Shown here: positions 36,676 through 45,060 of the stretch, in pieces
Layout of the letters: each line of letters opens with the position of its first letter
How positions within the stretch are numbered: the first letter of the stretch is position 1
NCBI GenBank assembly: GCA_045637985.1
Contig: JAZUAM010000003.1
Location: forward strand, 6,108 to 70,107
Direction of reading: 5' to 3'
From: Alphaproteobacteria bacterium
GTDB taxonomy: Bacteria; Pseudomonadota; Alphaproteobacteria; RF32; CAG-239
Length of the DNA: 64,000 nucleotides
Translations under genes and position numbers: made by a program
The notes under the pieces: model-generated
Database searches by the model: none
What the model was told of the DNA's origin: nothing
The model's input: the letters and a program-made list of their open reading frames with translations, nothing else

Positions 36676-37731
36676 TTATTCTCCGATATTGCTTAAAATC
36701 ATGTAATCACCGCCGTTTTTAAGACTATATCCCTGTAATTTTATTAAGCGGGTAATGTTCTCTAAACTTCCTGTATATGAAATTTTAAACTGTGCTTTTC
36801 CGGGGGTCATTGCCTGCACCTGAAAATCTGTTATTTCTTTTATGCTTTTTATTTTTTGTTCGGCCGTTATCCATTGTCCCAATGATGCAAAAGGATACAA
36901 GACGGTGAGCTCGGTTTCTTCAGCAGCTTGAGATATATTAGATGTTAAGATTCTGTTTTCAATTTCATTACGTGTTTCATAAACAGCTTTGTCAAAAAGT
37001 TCGTTTCCGGATGATTTGGCTCCTGCAACATTAACTTCAAATCGTTCACCTGATAAGGAAGTAACGATGACATTTATACCCTCAACGCCATCATATGATG
37101 CATCAAGAACATAAACATCATTTGCTCCTGATAAAGACATTATTTTTTCAAGGCTTGCCATATTTGTTGCAGCAGCATCTTGAGCATTTATTGCGGACAT
37201 ATTACCGGCAGAATTTTGAATAGTTATGAATTTTATTGCAGAGTTGATTGTTGAGGTTTCCCAAGCTTGTTTCCAAGGGTTATCTGTTTCCCACAACATG
37301 GGAACATCATCAGAAAATTCGCGGAATATAGGGATTATTACAACAGATGTTTCGGTTTGTGTTACCAGAGGAATATCTCTTTCAGACATATACAGTTTTA
37401 GGAGTTCCTCGTTGATTATAATGCGCAAATCAGCCATATAGCGAACATCAGAATTGCGTTCGCTGATAACAGATGTTTCTTTGATAAAATTTAAGAGCTG
37501 GGCATTTGTCATATTGGCTATTTTGGATGCACCCTCAGCGGTTGAAATTCGCTTTGCTACGGCTGTAACAGCGGCACGGGTTGCCGAATCAAGTGCTTTT
37601 TCGCGAGCGATAGAGGCGTTTTGATCTGAAACATCCACTTTTATTTCTACGGTAAAGCGGTCATCAGATGCAAAAGTAGGTGCTGATAAAAATAAGCCGA
37701 ATATGATAATGCAGGCAGCTAATTTAGACAA
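36676..37731 (-). CDS. Secreted protein, possibly DUF2066 family
   Basis: Signal peptide, then FTVEIKVDVSDQNASIAREKALDSATRAAVTAVAKRI. This resembles the N-terminal pattern of DUF2066. The call is from memory only. Confidence 0.4.
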   Translation of the reverse strand: MSKLAACIIIFGLFLSAPTFASDDRFTVEIKVDVSDQNASIAREKALDSATRAAVTAVAKRISTAEGASKIANMTNAQLLNFIKETSVISERNSDVRYMADLRIIINEELLKLYMSERDIPLVTQTETSVVIIPIFREFSDDVPMLWETDNPWKQAWETSTINSAIKFITIQNSAGNMSAINAQDAAATNMASLEKIMSLSGANDVYVLDASYDGVEGINVIVTSLSGERFEVNVAGAKSSGNELFDKAVYETRNEIENRILTSNISQAAEETELTVLYPFASLGQWITAEQKIKSIKEITDFQVQAMTPGKAQFKISYTGSLENITRLIKLQGYSLKNGGDYMILSNIGE

Positions 37732-37748
37732 CGGTATTCTCCTTTGGA

Positions 37749-38162
37749 TTAGAATATTTCGGTTTGACTGAAGAAAAAGCTTATTTCTCTTGCGGCACTT
37801 GTCGGAGAATCCGAACCGTGTACCGAGTTTTTGTCGATTGACAAAGCAAAGTTTTTGCGGATTGTTCCTTCTTCGGCCACATCAGGATTTGTTGAACCCA
37901 TAATTTTGCGATATAAAGAGATGGCGTTATCAGCTTCGAGAACTTGAACTACAACAGGAGCAGAACTCATAAAATTAACAAGGTTATCAAAAAAGGGTTT
38001 TCCGTGATGTTCGGTATAGAACATTGCAGCTTGTTCTTTGGGTAATTTTATCATTTTTTGAGCAACTATTTTAAGACCGGCATCTTCAATCATAGAATTG
38101 ATTTTGCCGATAATATTGCGATCTGTTGCATCAGGTTTTATAATTGATAATGTTCTTTCCAT
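37749..38162 (-). CDS. ndk: Nucleoside diphosphate kinase
   Basis: [12 protein letters not shown]...NSVHGSDS (active-site His). The start is trimmed to ATG 38162 behind AAGGAGA. Confidence 0.95.
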   Translation of the reverse strand: MERTLSIIKPDATDRNIIGKINSMIEDAGLKIVAQKMIKLPKEQAAMFYTEHHGKPFFDNLVNFMSSAPVVVQVLEADNAISLYRKIMGSTNPDVAEEGTIRKNFALSIDKNSVHGSDSPTSAAREISFFFSQTEIF

Positions 38163-38307
38163 CGGTAAAGTCTCCTTTTTTGGTAAAACGTTATTGCTAC
38201 GAAGAATATAATACTTTATCCAAATAAGCAAAAGATATTTTGACTTTTATATAATAAAGTTGTTTATTATACACAGATTAATTTTTTTAGATGAGGAAAG
38301 AACAAAA

Positions 38308-39303
38308 ATGACAAGTTTTATTGATGGGATTGTCGCAAAGGCAAAACAAGGATATAAGACCATTGTTTTGCCGGAAGGCGAAGATGAAAGGGTTTTGCAA
38401 GCAGCTCAACAAATAACAAAAGATAAAATAGCAAAAGTTATTTTGTTGGGGGATGAAAATGAGATTAAAGCTAAAGCCGTTGCAAACGGATGGAATGTTG
38501 ACGGTATTGAAATTATAAATCCGAAGACATCAAATAAACTTGAGGAATATGCTGATATTTTTTATGAACTTCGTAAAGAAAAAGGTGTCAGCAAAGAAGA
38601 TGCATTAAAAATGGCACAAGATGCAAATTATTTCGGGACATTAATGATGAAGGCCGGCGATGCCGACGGTATGGTATCAGGTGCGGCTCATTCAACGGCA
38701 GATACGGTTCGACCGGCATTACAAATTATTAAGTCTGCTCGTAAAGATATGGGCGTTTCGTCGTTCTTTTTTATGAATAAAGGGGGTGAAACACTTATAT
38801 TTGCCGATTGTGCTATTTCGGTTAATCCTAATGAACAAGAATTGGCAAATATTGCAATGCAAGCAGCACAAACGGCTGTTCAGTTCGGAGTTAAACCGGA
38901 TATTGCGATGTTGTCTTATTCCACATATGGTTCCGGTAAGGGAGAAATGGTCGAAAAGGTACAGAAAGCAACAGTTATAGCAAAAGAAATGGCTGTTTCT
39001 GATGAATTTAGAGGACTTGGTATTAATTTGGACGGTGAATTGCAAGCCGATGCGGCATTGGTTGACAGAGTTGCTAAATTGAAAGCTCCGGGAAGTAATG
39101 TTGCCGGTCATGCAAAAGTGTTTATATTCCCAGATTTGAATGCCGGAAATATTGCTTATAAGTTGGTGCAAAGATTGGGCGGATATGAGGCTTTTGGTCC
39201 GGTTTTGCAAGGCCTGAAAGCTCCGATTAATGATTTGTCACGTGGTTGTTCGGCTGAAGATATTGTATTTACGGTGGCACTGACAGCCGTGCAAGCTATG
39301 TAA
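38308..39303 (+). CDS. pta: Phosphate acetyltransferase (short PTA_PTB-only type)
   Basis: IVLPEGEDERVLQAA...GMVSGAAHSTADTVRPALQII...INDLSRGCS. The start is trimmed to ATG 38308. Confidence 0.9.
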   Translation: MTSFIDGIVAKAKQGYKTIVLPEGEDERVLQAAQQITKDKIAKVILLGDENEIKAKAVANGWNVDGIEIINPKTSNKLEEYADIFYELRKEKGVSKEDALKMAQDANYFGTLMMKAGDADGMVSGAAHSTADTVRPALQIIKSARKDMGVSSFFFMNKGGETLIFADCAISVNPNEQELANIAMQAAQTAVQFGVKPDIAMLSYSTYGSGKGEMVEKVQKATVIAKEMAVSDEFRGLGINLDGELQADAALVDRVAKLKAPGSNVAGHAKVFIFPDLNAGNIAYKLVQRLGGYEAFGPVLQGLKAPINDLSRGCSAEDIVFTVALTAVQAM

Positions 39304-39334
39304 TTTTTTTGTTTTTTAGTTAAAGGATAAAATT

Positions 39335-40516
39335 ATGGAAAAAATTTTGGTTTTGAATTCCGGTTCTTCGTCTTTGAAGTATCAGTTGTTTAATGTTGAT
39401 GGTGATAAATATGATGTTATTGCCAAAGGTTTGGCTGAGCGTATCGGTATTGACGGTTCAAAGGTTAGTATCAAATATGCCGACGGAACAAAAAAAGAAG
39501 TTGTTGCTCCGCTTCCGACACATAATGAAGCATTGCAAGAAGTGTTTAATTTGTTGTTGAATGGTGCTATAAGCAGTTTGAACGAAATCAGTGCCGTCGG
39601 ACATCGTATTGTCCATGGCGGTGAAGTTTATGCAAAATCGGTTTTGATTGATGAGGATGTAGTTAAGGCTGTTGAAGATTTGTCGAGCCTTGCACCGTTG
39701 CATAATCCGGCAGGTGTTTTGGGAATCAGAGCTGTTGAAAAAGCATTGCCGAATGTTAAACAAGTTGCTGTTTTTGATACGGCTTTTCATCAAACAATGC
39801 CTAAAGAAGCATTTTTGTATGGTTTGCCTTTGGAGCAATATACAAGACATCAAATTCGCCGTTATGGTATGCATGGAACATCACACAGATATATTGCGCA
39901 AGAAGTTGCAAAAATTATCGGAGAAAAGAGCAAAGTTATTGTTTGCCACTTGGGTAATGGTGCTTCGTTATCGGCAATAAAAGACGGCAAATGTATTGAT
40001 ACATCAATGGGATTTACTCCATTGGCCGGTATCATCATGGGTACACGTTCGGGTGATATTGATCCGTATATTCCGCTTCATATTATGAAAGAGCAGGGAT
40101 TGAGTGTTGATGAAGCAAATAATCTTTTGAACAAACAAAGCGGTATGTTGGGTTTGACAGGTTTTTCGGATATGCGTGATGTTGAAGCAGCATATTTGAA
40201 AGGTGATGAAAGAGCCGTAACCGGTTTGCAAACATATGTTTATACGATTGTTAAGTTTATCGGAAGCTATATTGCTGCTTTAGGAGGTGTTGATGCGATA
40301 GTGTTTACTGCCGGTATTGGTGAAAATTCGCCGATTATCAGAAAGCTTATTTTGGAAAGATTGAGTTATCTCGGAATTAGCGTTGATGATGAGGCTAATG
40401 GTCGTAGGGGTAATATTGAGCAAATATCTACAAAGGATTCAAAGGTTAAGGCTTTTGTTATCCCGACTGATGAAGAATTGATGATTGCTCAAGATACGGT
40501 TGCTTTGACAAAGTAA
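39335..40516 (+). CDS. ackA: Acetate kinase
   Basis: ILVLNSGSSSLKYQLF, VGHRIVHGG, FDTAFHQTMP, GMHGTSH, CHLGNGAS, TAGIGENS. Confidence 0.95.
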   Translation: MEKILVLNSGSSSLKYQLFNVDGDKYDVIAKGLAERIGIDGSKVSIKYADGTKKEVVAPLPTHNEALQEVFNLLLNGAISSLNEISAVGHRIVHGGEVYAKSVLIDEDVVKAVEDLSSLAPLHNPAGVLGIRAVEKALPNVKQVAVFDTAFHQTMPKEAFLYGLPLEQYTRHQIRRYGMHGTSHRYIAQEVAKIIGEKSKVIVCHLGNGASLSAIKDGKCIDTSMGFTPLAGIIMGTRSGDIDPYIPLHIMKEQGLSVDEANNLLNKQSGMLGLTGFSDMRDVEAAYLKGDERAVTGLQTYVYTIVKFIGSYIAALGGVDAIVFTAGIGENSPIIRKLILERLSYLGISVDDEANGRRGNIEQISTKDSKVKAFVIPTDEELMIAQDTVALTK

Positions 40517-40536
40517 AGAAAACCGATTTGAAATCA

Positions 40537-40574
40537 AAAAAAACAGCTCCTTTGAATAAGGAGCTGTTTTTGTT
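40537..40574. terminator. Bidirectional terminator hairpin, copy 1 of a 38-nt direct repeat
   Basis: AAAAAACAGCTCCTTTGAATAAGGAGCTGTTTTTGTTA has a 9-bp perfect stem between A6 and T5. It is 37/38 identical to 43833-43870. Confidence 0.85.
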
Positions 40575-40705
40575 ATGAGTTGTATATACACAAAAAATAT
40601 TTAATGCGGTAATATATAAATTTTATAAGAAATGATTACACAAAATTTATGAATACTTCTCATAGTTATTGATATAGCCTATATATAAAATAAGTTTAGT
40701 CTACA

Positions 40706-40741
40706 CCCAAAATAACACCACCGATACAAACCGGTGGTGTT
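40706..40741 (-). terminator. Intrinsic terminator of the 876-aa Cys-rich protein gene
   Basis: AACACCACCG-loop-CGGTGGTGTT followed by ATTTT on the minus strand. Confidence 0.6.
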
Positions 40742-40765
40742 GGCATTATATTATTTTTGATTCCA

Positions 40766-43396
40766 TTACTGATTTGGGTATGTGCCATGAAATTTACATA
40801 CCAAACACTTTTTACCGTCCCCATTAGATGAACCATCTCTATTATAAAGATAATCTCTAGTATCATATGTAACGGCTGTAAAGTCTATATACCAATCACT
40901 TGAAGGATCATATTCTTCAGCATACTCATCGGCATATGACTGGCATATATCCGAAGGATTATCGGCACTAGTAATTTGCATACACCTTATGTCTTTAACA
41001 CTATTTTCATAAGTTTCATAACTCCAATCTATCTCATTATCATATATATTTGTACTACATAAGCCATATTCAGCATCATATTCTTCCATACAATAGCCAT
41101 AAGAGAGCTTATAACAATTATTCCACGTTTTTTCTGTACCATCAATATCATCTGTCCATACTTGACCATCACACGCGGTAGGAATTCGAGTAAATCGTCC
41201 CAACTCTTCTTTTTCAAAGGGATCACAGTATTCTTGATATCCATTATAGTCACTGTAATTTGGATCACATTCTGCACGCCATTCAGATACTAAGCTAGAT
41301 GTTTCATCATATGTTCCTGTGGGACAACTTCTTTTTTTGCACTCTGATGTATCATAATCACGTGCGTATACATAACTACTTGCCGTTCCCAAAGAACATG
41401 TTTCTTCTGATGTTAAATAAGAATTGTTCTTTATTTCATTTACAGCAGAAGTAACTTTAGTATTATCAGAACTACTTGTTACAAGATCTTTATATATGTT
41501 TAGCTCAGCATATCCCCTCCAAGCTGTATTAACTTCATTATTGGGAGCTCCGGTCTGAAATCTTCTGAATAACGGTGAAACCGTATTTGAAGCATAATTT
41601 TTCAAATTAAACTGGTATGTTGGTAAGCCATATCCACTATTAACATAATTCTTAATTACAAATTCAGAAAATACCGGAGAACTATCACCATTATATCCGT
41701 ATATAGTAACCCCTTCTGTAGACTTACTAAACATTATTCCATCCAAAGTATTACTGGTTTCTTTGTGGAATATTACCGGTTTATCAGGTGTACCCCACAC
41801 ATTGCTATATGTAGGTTGCGTACTACCAGTCCAGTAATAATATCCGCTGGGGCTCTCATATCTTCTATATTGATAACCGGGATTTGAACTATAAAAACCA
41901 ATCACTGGAGCGCAATTTTCTGCTTCAGCAATTATATATCCATCACCATCATCCAGATACGAATTTGCATAACAATTATATCCTTCATCATCATTAGAAC
42001 CTACATAAATATCAACGTGATCACTGTATAAAGGTTCAATTTTAACATTATCAAAAAATACTTTTCCTTTTAGATATATTTTATCGGCTTTTATCAATGA
42101 ATTATACAACGATACCCAATTGTTGATAATTAACACCGGAGTACTATAATTTATGGAAACGGAAGCTGAACTCTGTGCCAACTCAATACTATTATTCAAC
42201 GATGATATTGTATGGTTTTGCGGATCATCACCATATTCAACAGGACAAGGCATCAAATCGATAATAAAAGTATCATTATCAACGATAATATCTTCCGTCG
42301 CATCTATGTCTTTACAAACACCCATTACCAAACGATAAAGATTTGTACTTGTAGTTGCGTTTTCCATCCAATATTTAAACGTATCATAGTCACTGGCGGT
42401 ATTATAATGACACGTCAGACCTCCACACATGGATGAGTAACTATTTGTCCAAGTAATACCTCGTATTCCATAAGTATAACCTCCACTCTCACATCCATCA
42501 TATTGATCTTTGGCAGAATTATATCTTCCGATAAGGGAGAATTGGTTGTAGCTATACGAACTATTATTATCGCTGATACAACATTGGAATCCTTCAGGTT
42601 GTTTTGCAACACATGCATTTCCGGACAATTCATAACCATCTTTACAAGATGTTATCACATAACGAGGAGTGTTATCACCGCATCCGGGAGTACATTGATT
42701 GTAATTAGCGTTTGAAGGTTTACTCGTCAGAGGATAATTAGCTGCAGTACACGTAGCATCTGCAGTACAAGTACATTTACAACATTTTTTACCACCGGAA
42801 TATCCGCTACAGCTTAACGTATAATCGGTATCACATGAGGTTACTGTTGCAGAATAATCTCCGGTACAAGCTTTCGCCGTACAATTCGGAGGTGTTCCTT
42901 CGTAGCCGGTACTACTATCACATATACATCCGACGGCTATCCCTCCGACAGAATATGTTTTTGCTCCGGTGCCTGTACAAGCACAATTTTTGTTACTATC
43001 AAAACTGAAACCATTCTTACAAGATGTATGTACGCATCGAGAATTATCCGTCGGGCAAGGATACCAATAGCCACGATTATCATCACAACCAGTCAAAGGA
43101 TAAGCAGAACAATCGTTTAGTGTACAAACACCATTGACTTTAACATAATTACTTTTACACTTACAATCTTTATAACAAGTCAAGCCACTGATATCTTTAA
43201 ATTGAGTACAAGTTTCTCCTTCTTTCGGAGGAGTTTCTGATGACCCGCTGGGACAAGATGCTACAGAATGATCCCAATCATCTTGCAACAATTTATAATT
43301 ATACATCATAACATCGGTAATTTTAGCAACCGCTGAAGAAACAAGCGACATCACAAATAAAGATGTAAACATGTATATTGTTAATTTTTTTATCAT
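40766..43396 (-). CDS. Cysteine-rich secreted protein (876 aa)
   Basis: Start trimmed to ATG 43396 behind AAGGAGA. Signal peptide MIKKLTIYMFTSLFVMSLVSSAVA. ORF residues 83-308 hold about 45 Cys (motifs SCKNGFSF..C, SCKDGYEL..C, KCCKCTC). The central part is Cys-poor and Y/N/S-rich. The C-terminus is acidic and Y/W/C-rich. Confidence 0.7.
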   Translation of the reverse strand: MIKKLTIYMFTSLFVMSLVSSAVAKITDVMMYNYKLLQDDWDHSVASCPSGSSETPPKEGETCTQFKDISGLTCYKDCKCKSNYVKVNGVCTLNDCSAYPLTGCDDNRGYWYPCPTDNSRCVHTSCKNGFSFDSNKNCACTGTGAKTYSVGGIAVGCICDSSTGYEGTPPNCTAKACTGDYSATVTSCDTDYTLSCSGYSGGKKCCKCTCTADATCTAANYPLTSKPSNANYNQCTPGCGDNTPRYVITSCKDGYELSGNACVAKQPEGFQCCISDNNSSYSYNQFSLIGRYNSAKDQYDGCESGGYTYGIRGITWTNSYSSMCGGLTCHYNTASDYDTFKYWMENATTSTNLYRLVMGVCKDIDATEDIIVDNDTFIIDLMPCPVEYGDDPQNHTISSLNNSIELAQSSASVSINYSTPVLIINNWVSLYNSLIKADKIYLKGKVFFDNVKIEPLYSDHVDIYVGSNDDEGYNCYANSYLDDGDGYIIAEAENCAPVIGFYSSNPGYQYRRYESPSGYYYWTGSTQPTYSNVWGTPDKPVIFHKETSNTLDGIMFSKSTEGVTIYGYNGDSSPVFSEFVIKNYVNSGYGLPTYQFNLKNYASNTVSPLFRRFQTGAPNNEVNTAWRGYAELNIYKDLVTSSSDNTKVTSAVNEIKNNSYLTSEETCSLGTASSYVYARDYDTSECKKRSCPTGTYDETSSLVSEWRAECDPNYSDYNGYQEYCDPFEKEELGRFTRIPTACDGQVWTDDIDGTEKTWNNCYKLSYGYCMEEYDAEYGLCSTNIYDNEIDWSYETYENSVKDIRCMQITSADNPSDICQSYADEYAEEYDPSSDWYIDFTAVTYDTRDYLYNRDGSSNGDGKKCLVCKFHGTYPNQ

Positions 43397-43562
43397 CGCC
43401 GTTCTCCTTATAGAAAACAAAAACACCACAAACAGCGCATTTAAACCGCCGTTTAAATGCTTTATTAATATCAGCATACAATAAAAATGACAAAAAGACA
43501 ATTAAGATTTAACTGTTATCGCCGATTTTTCATATTTTTGTAACATTAAACAGTTACAAAAA

Positions 43563-43825
43563 ATGTCATAGCTCGGAGGGAGCAAAGTGAAAGCATATTT
43601 TTCTATTACGTCATTCCACCAAATCGTCAGATTTGGTCACGGGATCTTCCATATTTAAAAACATTGGAGATGCCTTGACCTCACTTCGTTCGGAGGAATG
43701 ACAGTGTTTTTATGTTGTTATGATACCGCTTTTATTTTTTCTCATTGCGAGTCAGCTTTTTGTGCATAACTTCTTTAACTGGATTGATGACAGGAGTATG
43801 TTCAGAGTGACGAAGTAATCCAATC
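43563..43825. repeat. Cluster of degenerate short palindromic (MITE-like) elements
   Basis: TGTCATAGCTCGGAGGGAGCAAAGTG (43563), CGTCATTCC...GGAGGAATGACA (43609-43704) and CTCATTGCGAG...GACGAAGTAATCC (43741-43821). The arms are imperfect inverted repeats. Related strings occur at 54585-54660. Confidence 0.5.
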
Positions 43826-43832
43826 ACACCTC

Positions 43833-43870
43833 AAAAAACAGCTCCTTTTAATAAGGAGCTGTTTTTGTTA
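43833..43870. terminator. Terminator hairpin, copy 2 of the 38-nt direct repeat
   Basis: AAAAAACAGCTCCTTTTAATAAGGAGCTGTTTTTGTTA. The last three nt (TTA) are the complement of the stop codon of the DUF192 gene. Confidence 0.85.
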
Positions 43871-44518
43871 CATCGGGCTTGGAACCGGTAATGCTACAGG
43901 GGCATTCGGACCTTTAGGAATAATCGGTCCGTTAGGGTTTGCATTTGGACCTTTAGGAATAATCTGTCCGTTAGGGTTTGCATTTGGTCCTTTAGGAACA
44001 ACCGGTCCTTTCGGTAACGCTGTCGGCCCCTTGGCAATCGGCATGATCGGAGTATCTGATAATGTGGTCATATTATTCAAAATTGCGTGATTGACACGGT
44101 CACCTATTTTGATTCCGTGTTTTCTTACTTGTCCGGCATTAAGTTCTATAACGGCGCGCACAGGGTCACGAGATATGATATGTTCTTCGGACATTGGGGT
44201 GGCATTTTCTTTAATCATACTGATGGTTGCATCAGGAGCAATAAACAGCATATCAAGCGAAATTTTGGTGTTTTTCATCCACATTGCCGTCGGACGTACA
44301 GGATCAAAGCTGAAAATCATACCGTTGTTGGCAGCCATTTGAGTGCGGTACATCAGGCCTGTTTTTAGTTCTTCGGGGGTTTGTGCTACCTCGACATTAA
44401 AACGTACTTCGCCGTTTGATGTAATTATTGTCAAAGGGGTGGTGGCTTTTTGTTCAATGCCTTTGGAGCAGGCAAATAAAAATAGTGCAGCCAAAGAAAT
44501 TGGTATGATTTTAGGCAT
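43868..44518 (-). CDS. DUF192 lipoprotein with C-terminal P/G/N-rich tandem repeats
   Basis: Start trimmed to ATG 44518 behind AGGAGA. Lipobox LFLFAC. DUF192-like block MWMKNTKISLDMLFI...VIELNAG. The C-terminus is PKGPNANPNGQIIPKGPNANPNGPIIPKGP. Confidence 0.7.
   Translation of the reverse strand: MPKIIPISLAALFLFACSKGIEQKATTPLTIITSNGEVRFNVEVAQTPEELKTGLMYRTQMAANNGMIFSFDPVRPTAMWMKNTKISLDMLFIAPDATISMIKENATPMSEEHIISRDPVRAVIELNAGQVRKHGIKIGDRVNHAILNNMTTLSDTPIMPIAKGPTALPKGPVVPKGPNANPNGQIIPKGPNANPNGPIIPKGPNAPVALPVPSPM
43908..44010. repeat. 39-bp coding tandem repeat (about 2.6 units)
   Basis: GGACCTTTAGGAATAATC[G/T]GTCCGTTAGGGTTTGCATTT occurs at 43908-43946 and 43947-43985, with a degenerate third unit. 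It encodes the 13-aa PKGPNANPNG(Q/P)II repeat on the minus strand. Confidence 0.85.
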
Positions 44519-44523
44519 AGTTG

Positions 44524-45060
44524 TTATTCTCCTTGTTTTAATTTGCGCGGATCCCATGTTGATACCCTGACCGGTCCGTTTTGCGATATCAAAATTTTGG
44601 TTTTGGCAGAGGATGAAAATTTAGCGTTGATATTAAGCGAAGAAGCAAAAGAATCAACAAAATTCATGGGGTTTATGATAGTTTCGTTGTTAATGTTGCA
44701 ATTTTGTTTGTAGCATTTGAGCGATGTGACAAAGTTTTGTAATTCAAAGTCGGTTTGTTTGCCGTATTTTTGCCAAATCAGTTCCAAAAAATCGTCGGTA
44801 GCAGATGACAAACGCGGCTTAGACATAAGAGGAAGCCCAAAGCTTAGTATCGAGCGAATAGTCGGATCAAAAAATCCGTTATTGTCACAAACAAAAAGTG
44901 TGGGAGACAATAAACAACCGTTTTTTAACACAAAGTGCATTTGGCTTAAAAAAAGTAAATGCTGAATTTTGTTTTCGCTCAAGCGTAACGATTGGTTTTC
45001 TGCTTTTTTGAAAAACCAGTTTGTTATATCTAAAGAAGAAACTATTTTTCGGTTAATCAT
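44524..45060 (-). CDS. Panacea/DUF4065 (SocA/GepA-like) domain protein
   Basis: LDITNWFFKKAENQSLRLSENKIQHLLFLSQMHFVLKNGCLLSPTLFVCDNNGFFDPTI...FLELIWQKYGKQTDFELQNF follows the DUF4065 pattern (D.AN.F..KA....LT..KLQKLLY.AQ....G.PLF......GP..P.VY....YG..S...L). Recognised by eye. Confidence 0.55.
   Translation of the reverse strand: MINRKIVSSLDITNWFFKKAENQSLRLSENKIQHLLFLSQMHFVLKNGCLLSPTLFVCDNNGFFDPTIRSILSFGLPLMSKPRLSSATDDFLELIWQKYGKQTDFELQNFVTSLKCYKQNCNINNETIINPMNFVDSFASSLNINAKFSSSAKTKILISQNGPVRVSTWDPRKLKQGE

Noticed and set aside
43397-43501. N-terminal extensions of ORF-track models. Examples are 43397-43501, 44519-44557, 38163-38231, 38260-38307, 19562-19600, 4809-4859 and 8679-8717.
   Set aside because: Internal ATG codons preceded by clear Shine-Dalgarno sequences give canonical N-termini (signal peptides, [19 protein letters not shown]...). 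The extensions add non-conserved residues or overlap neighbouring genes.
43908-44010. Tandem 39-bp repeats that could superficially look like a mini CRISPR or other array
   Set aside because: The units are contiguous with no spacers. They are in frame within the DUF192 ORF, encode a 13-aa peptide repeat, and number only about 2.6 copies. No CRISPR array or cas genes were seen anywhere in the window.
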